Source of the DNA: a candidate division WOR-3 bacterium
GTDB taxonomy: Bacteria; Hydrothermota; UBA3072; B12-G15
Reading direction: 5' to 3'
DNA length: 21,366 nucleotides
NCBI GenBank assembly: GCA_965649055.1
Contig: CBFGJG010000031.1
Coordinates: 3,343 to 24,708 of the forward strand
This document shows positions 17,402-21,366 of this stretch, in pieces. Below the pieces are notes generated by a model that was not told the DNA's origin, searched no databases, and was given only the letters and a program-made list of their open reading frames with translations. Within the stretch, counting starts at the first letter, position 1; every line of letters begins with the position of its first letter. The position numbers were made by a program, and so were the translations under genes.

Positions 17402-18903
17402 TTTTTATACTCCGGATATAGTTCATATTTATTAGCTTTCTTATTTATTGTTATTTCAAGAAAATCATCTTCCTTAAAAAGGAGGAATGTATCCAAAACA
17501 ATCTGATTATTTAAATTTTTTAAAACAAAATTATATTCATCCGGTAATATCTTAAACTCTTTCTCTTTATAAGAACTTAGTTTCCCAGAAATAGAATCTT
17601 TTCCTTTTAAAATTAATGTAAAGTCTTCAGAAAATGTATAAAAAATCTTAAATTTAGCTTTCTTTTTTGTTAGTACAATGTTTGTATCTATTTTATTATC
17701 TTTTCCTTTCAACATATTTATTATTGAATCCAATCTAAATGTAAAAGTTTCGTATCCTTGTTTTTTTAATCTTAAACTGTATGATGTATCTTTGTGAAAC
17801 GTCCTTTTTAAAACCACCGGAGTTTCTCCAATCTCTTCTTCGTTTCCAATCTCTTTTTTTAATAAAAAGACCTTGGCACTGTCCGGAGTTGTTTTAATAT
17901 TAATCTCTAACTCTATTTTCTTATTCTTTTCTATATTTGTTCTGTAAAAAATAAACGAAATAAAGGATAAAATTAAAAATAAAGAAGCAACTGCTATTGA
18001 GCCATATTTTATTAATTTTCTTTTTATATTTACACCATACCTTTTTTCAAGATACTTATCTTCAACAGGTAAAAGGGTTTCGTCTTCCTCTTTAATAGAA
18101 CCATGATATTCATTATAATTATCTGTTAAAGTTTCTTTTACCTCCTTTATAAAGCCTAAACCAACAGTAATATTGTCTTTTCCTCCATTATCTTTCGCAA
18201 TAGAAATTAAAGTATCTCCTATTTTCTTTATATCTGGGTAAAGTCTATTTATAACTTCTTCAATCTCATTTTCCCTCATCTCACCCGTGAGCCCATCAGT
18301 GCATAATAAAAATAAATCACCTTTTTTAACTCTTCCAATATTCACATCTACCTTTATATTATATTTTTGTCCCAAAGCCCTTGTAATCACATTCTTGTGA
18401 ACAAAATTCTCTGCTTCTTCTTCAGTTATTTCTTTATCATCTATTAATTCTTGAACATACGAATGGTCTTTTGTAATTCTTTGAAGCTTCATATCACGCC
18501 AAATATATGCCCTACTATCTCCAACATGAAGAACTCCATAATAATTATCAAAAAATACTGCTGAAACTATTGTTGTCCCCATACCTTTTCTACTTTTATC
18601 ATCAAGTGCTATATTATAAATTCTTCTATTTGCAAGTCTTATTCCTGTGCATAACTTTTTTACCTGTAATGGAACATCTTCCTTTATACTTGAATAAAAA
18701 AATGTTAAATCTAAATCAGAACTATAATATGTTTCTGCAACCGTATTAACAGCTAAAAGACTTGCAACCTCTCCTGCATTGTGGCCACCCATTCCATCGC
18801 AAACGATAATTAAATTATGTTTATCAAGAATCTTGAAATTATCTTCATTATCTTTTCTCTTAATACCCACATCAGTAACGCCGTAAAATAAAATATCACC
18901 CAT
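17398..18903 (-). CDS. PP2C/PPM (Stp1/PrpC-like) Ser/Thr phosphatase with TM and an extracytoplasmic PEGA-like domain
   Basis: TDVGIKRKDNED, VCDGMGGHNAGEVAS, MGTT, HVGDSRAY, TKDHS, NVITRALG, LLCTDGL, GGKDNIT. TM IAVASLFLILSFISFIFY. PEGA-like segment INIKTTPDSAKVFL...IGETP...LKKQGYE. Confidence 0.93.
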   Translation of the reverse strand: MGDILFYGVTDVGIKRKDNEDNFKILDKHNLIIVCDGMGGHNAGEVASLLAVNTVAETYYSSDLDLTFFYSSIKEDVPLQVKKLCTGIRLANRRIYNIALDDKSRKGMGTTIVSAVFFDNYYGVLHVGDSRAYIWRDMKLQRITKDHSYVQELIDDKEITEEEAENFVHKNVITRALGQKYNIKVDVNIGRVKKGDLFLLCTDGLTGEMRENEIEEVINRLYPDIKKIGDTLISIAKDNGGKDNITVGLGFIKEVKETLTDNYNEYHGSIKEEDETLLPVEDKYLEKRYGVNIKRKLIKYGSIAVASLFLILSFISFIFYRTNIEKNKKIELEINIKTTPDSAKVFLLKKEIGNEEEIGETPVVLKRTFHKDTSYSLRLKKQGYETFTFRLDSIINMLKGKDNKIDTNIVLTKKKAKFKIFYTFSEDFTLILKGKDSISGKLSSYKEKEFKILPDEYNFVLKNLNNQIVLDTFLLFKEDDFLEITINKKANKYELYPEYKK

Positions 18904-20857
18904 TTTTTATCCTTATTTTTCTGCGAATCATATCACCTAAAAGTAAAATTAAAGCTAAAATTAATAGCAAAAAATGTATGAATATTTTTTTGATAATTCG
19001 TTTTGGATCTATAGATGTATAATAGAACCTGTTGGTTAAATCAAAAACTCCAAAAGAATTACCGTATATTATCTCATTCTTGAAAATCTTTGCATCAGTA
19101 TTTATTATCTTCATATTTCCATTATTATCTTTTGCTAAGATTGAAATAAAACCATTTCCATATAAATCACCAATTACTGTGCTTGTAGATACAGAACTAT
19201 CAAATAATTTTTTCTTATAAATCAGACTTGCTTTATTACTATTTATAATATACACATAACCTAAATTATCACATATTATTATATCAAGAATTTTATCTTT
19301 ATTCACATCTGCTATGGATGGGGAAGAAACTGGTTCACCCTCCAGAGTAAACTCATTAATTATAGATTTCTTTGAACTGGAATATATTAAAATCTTATTT
19401 TCCTGATAAGAAGGAACTATCAATTCGTCATTTCCATCATTATCCAAATCTACTGAAATAGGTGAGCCTAATTTTGTGATTCCTCCCTTCCTAATATTCT
19501 CCACTTCTTTAACAAAATGAACATTCCCTAAAATATCAGATTCAAATAACTGGTCATACATACAAAAAGCCGCTACAAATAATTCTTTATTCCTTATAAA
19601 TATTGTTGGTGAAGATATAACATCTAAACTATAAGATGGTTTAACCATTCTTTCTTGTAAATATTTCTCTTCAAGATCAAATGTACTGATTTTTCCTTCT
19701 AAAGAAACAATAAACATTTTAGAACCTGAAAAAGTAATAATATTCTCCTTTGGAGCAAAAACAGGGGGAAGATTTAAAGGATAACCAACATTAAATTTAT
19801 TACTGATAACAAATTCAGAATGAATATTTTTTATAATACTAATATAACCATTCTCAGTCGTAGCAATGATTTCATTTCTATTGTCTTTATCAATATCTAC
19901 TACAATTGTTGGAAAAACAATCGGTCCTAATAAAGTCATTATTTTTGAAACAACCGTTGAACCGTCTAATCCATTTAATAATATTATATTACCCTCTTCT
20001 GTCTGGCATAAAATGTCATAATTTTTTGAATTTTCTGACAATTTACAACAGTAAGCAGATTTTATATTATATGAATTCTGTTCCCAAATAATTTTCTTCT
20101 CCTTTATGTCATATAAAGATATAATACCGTTTTCTACAATTGGAATATCAATACCACCTGAATTATTACAATTATTTACAGATAGTATAGGATTTTTGTT
20201 AACAATATTAAGAGCTTCTTCATAAAAATTTCCAATTGGGTTTTGTGTAATAATTTTATATCTATTCATTTCTTTCATAGAAAAGAATAATGATTCAATA
20301 ATTATATATATACATACTATTGGAGATAAAATGTAAAGAATTCTTTTTATTAGACTTCCTGCTTTTCTTGGTGGTGCAAAACTTATTTTATCACCATAGC
20401 AGAATCTAAAGATATTTCTTCCTATCTCTATTTCATCTCCCTGTTTAAGTTCTACTTCGTCTTCTTCTTTTACAATCTTCTGGTTTATATAGGTTCTATT
20501 TCTACTTCTTTTATCCTGTAAAACATACTTACCCCCAACAACCTTTATTACCGCATGCCTTCTTGAAGCCATTGTATCACCTTCAAGAACTATATCGTTA
20601 AAATTAGGCTCTCTACCAATCTTTGTTTCGTCCGATTTTAAGAGAAACTTTTTCCCAAAATACTTACCATCAATACAAACCAGATAAGCTGCTTTTACAG
20701 TCTTTATTACAGTGGAAGCCCTATCATCTTTTCTTCTTTCTACCTGAATAGTTTCGTCTTTAATTTCTTCATCATCTTTTTCCTTCTTTTTTCTTATGTC
20801 TTCTGTTTCATCCTTGTCTAAATCTTTTCTATTAATATTATCTTTTGTTTCTTCCAT
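18896..20857 (-). CDS. FHA domain, TM, FG-GAP/VCBS-like beta-propeller, C-terminal TM
   Basis: FHA KIGREPNFNDIVLEGDTMASRRHA...DKRSRNRTYIN. Ca-loop repeats DIDKDNRNEII, DLDNDGNDELIV, DVNKDKILDII, DLYGNG. Hydrophobic helices near aa 175-195 and at the C-terminus. Confidence 0.85.
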   Translation of the reverse strand: MEETKDNINRKDLDKDETEDIRKKKEKDDEEIKDETIQVERRKDDRASTVIKTVKAAYLVCIDGKYFGKKFLLKSDETKIGREPNFNDIVLEGDTMASRRHAVIKVVGGKYVLQDKRSRNRTYINQKIVKEEDEVELKQGDEIEIGRNIFRFCYGDKISFAPPRKAGSLIKRILYILSPIVCIYIIIESLFFSMKEMNRYKIITQNPIGNFYEEALNIVNKNPILSVNNCNNSGGIDIPIVENGIISLYDIKEKKIIWEQNSYNIKSAYCCKLSENSKNYDILCQTEEGNIILLNGLDGSTVVSKIMTLLGPIVFPTIVVDIDKDNRNEIIATTENGYISIIKNIHSEFVISNKFNVGYPLNLPPVFAPKENIITFSGSKMFIVSLEGKISTFDLEEKYLQERMVKPSYSLDVISSPTIFIRNKELFVAAFCMYDQLFESDILGNVHFVKEVENIRKGGITKLGSPISVDLDNDGNDELIVPSYQENKILIYSSSKKSIINEFTLEGEPVSSPSIADVNKDKILDIIICDNLGYVYIINSNKASLIYKKKLFDSSVSTSTVIGDLYGNGFISILAKDNNGNMKIINTDAKIFKNEIIYGNSFGVFDLTNRFYYTSIDPKRIIKKIFIHFLLLILALILLLGDMIRRKIRIKNG

Positions 20858-20870
20858 ATTCTACCTCAAT

Positions 20871-21365
20871 TTATATTAATAAAACTATAATCCTTCCAAT
20901 TGTCAAAAATCCAAATACAACAATAGTTAAAATTGTTCCAGAGTTATCGGCTTTTTGTTCTAATTTAGTAGATTCTTTTAACTTGTCTAATTCTTTATTC
21001 ATCTGATTTTTAATCTCATTAATCTTTTCTAAGATATACTTTTCTGAGTTTCTAATATCAGTATCTTTTATCTCGCTAATTTTCCTCCTTATTAATTCAA
21101 TTTCGTTTTTTAAATCTGCTATCTCTTTGATAATTTCTTTATTATCACCTGATTTGCTACCACCACCAGTCGGTATCTGTGATATTTTTCTCTGTAATTC
21201 TTTCTCAAAGAATTTTAAAATTTCATCAACTGCGGCAATAAATTCGCCTTTAGTTAGAACATCATTAAATTTATCATCTAATAACGGTAGTAGTAATGAC
21301 TTTTCTTTAAGTTCTACTGCAGAAACTTTCTTTTCACTATCAGAATAATCATCTGCATATGAAAC
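20871..21365 (-). CDS. Partial CDS (start beyond the right edge): coiled-coil protein with a C-terminal hydrophobic anchor
   Basis: Not in the ORF track. Open frame of 164 aa to TAA at 20871-20873: ...DVLTKGEFIAAVDEILKFFEKELQRK...EIIKEIADLKNEIELIRRKISEIK...GTILTIVVFGFLTIGRIIVLLI. Confidence 0.75.
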   Translation of the reverse strand, partial: VSYADDYSDSEKKVSAVELKEKSLLLPLLDDKFNDVLTKGEFIAAVDEILKFFEKELQRKISQIPTGGGSKSGDNKEIIKEIADLKNEIELIRRKISEIKDTDIRNSEKYILEKINEIKNQMNKELDKLKESTKLEQKADNSGTILTIVVFGFLTIGRIIVLLI

Positions 21366-21366
21366 C

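Noticed and set aside
910..20857. Type VI or type VII secretion locus suggested by FHA + PP2C
   Set aside because: No TssB/C, Hcp, VgrG, TssM, EssC/FtsK or WXG100 genes are visible; every structural gene is Tad-type.
690..21348. All plus-strand ORFs in the track (e.g. 690-989, 2866-3363, 15717-15980, 21127-21348)
   Set aside because: Each lies antisense to a well-supported minus-strand gene. Their F/L/I/S-rich composition is what the reverse of K/E-rich AT-biased codons gives, and they carry no recognisable motifs.
1..21366. CRISPR arrays, tRNA/rRNA, IS elements, intrinsic terminators, DGR-type repeats
   Set aside because: There is no non-coding space, no periodic repeat-spacer pattern, no transposase, integrase or reverse transcriptase motif, and no GC-rich hairpin with a U-tract seen by eye.

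Overview
An AT-rich bacterial window occupied entirely by one tightly packed minus-strand gene run that is open at both ends. It encodes a nearly complete Tad/Flp (type IVc) pilus: TadV/CpaA prepilin peptidase, CpaB, a short RcpA/CpaC secretin, CpaF/TadA ATPase, TadB, TadC, DUF192, three Flp-type pilins, two TadE-like pilins and one TadG-like pilin. Unusually, the pilus genes are interleaved with a Ser/Thr phospho-signalling set: five FHA domains in four proteins (one fused to the ATPase) and a membrane-anchored PP2C phosphatase. The run also holds a GT-C-type membrane glycosyltransferase coupled to two pilin genes and an 807-aa lipase-type hydrolase lipoprotein. I read five coding regions missing from the ORF track directly from the sequence: two Flp pilins (15689-15865, 17255-17401), a 50-aa membrane peptide (12591-12743) and two edge-truncated genes. 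The best hypothesis, which is inference, is a phosphorylation-gated, glycosylated Tad machine resembling the Myxococcus Kil contact-killing system, in a low-GC diderm that may be FCB-related. No kinase, CpaE/TadZ, RNA gene, CRISPR array or mobile element was seen.
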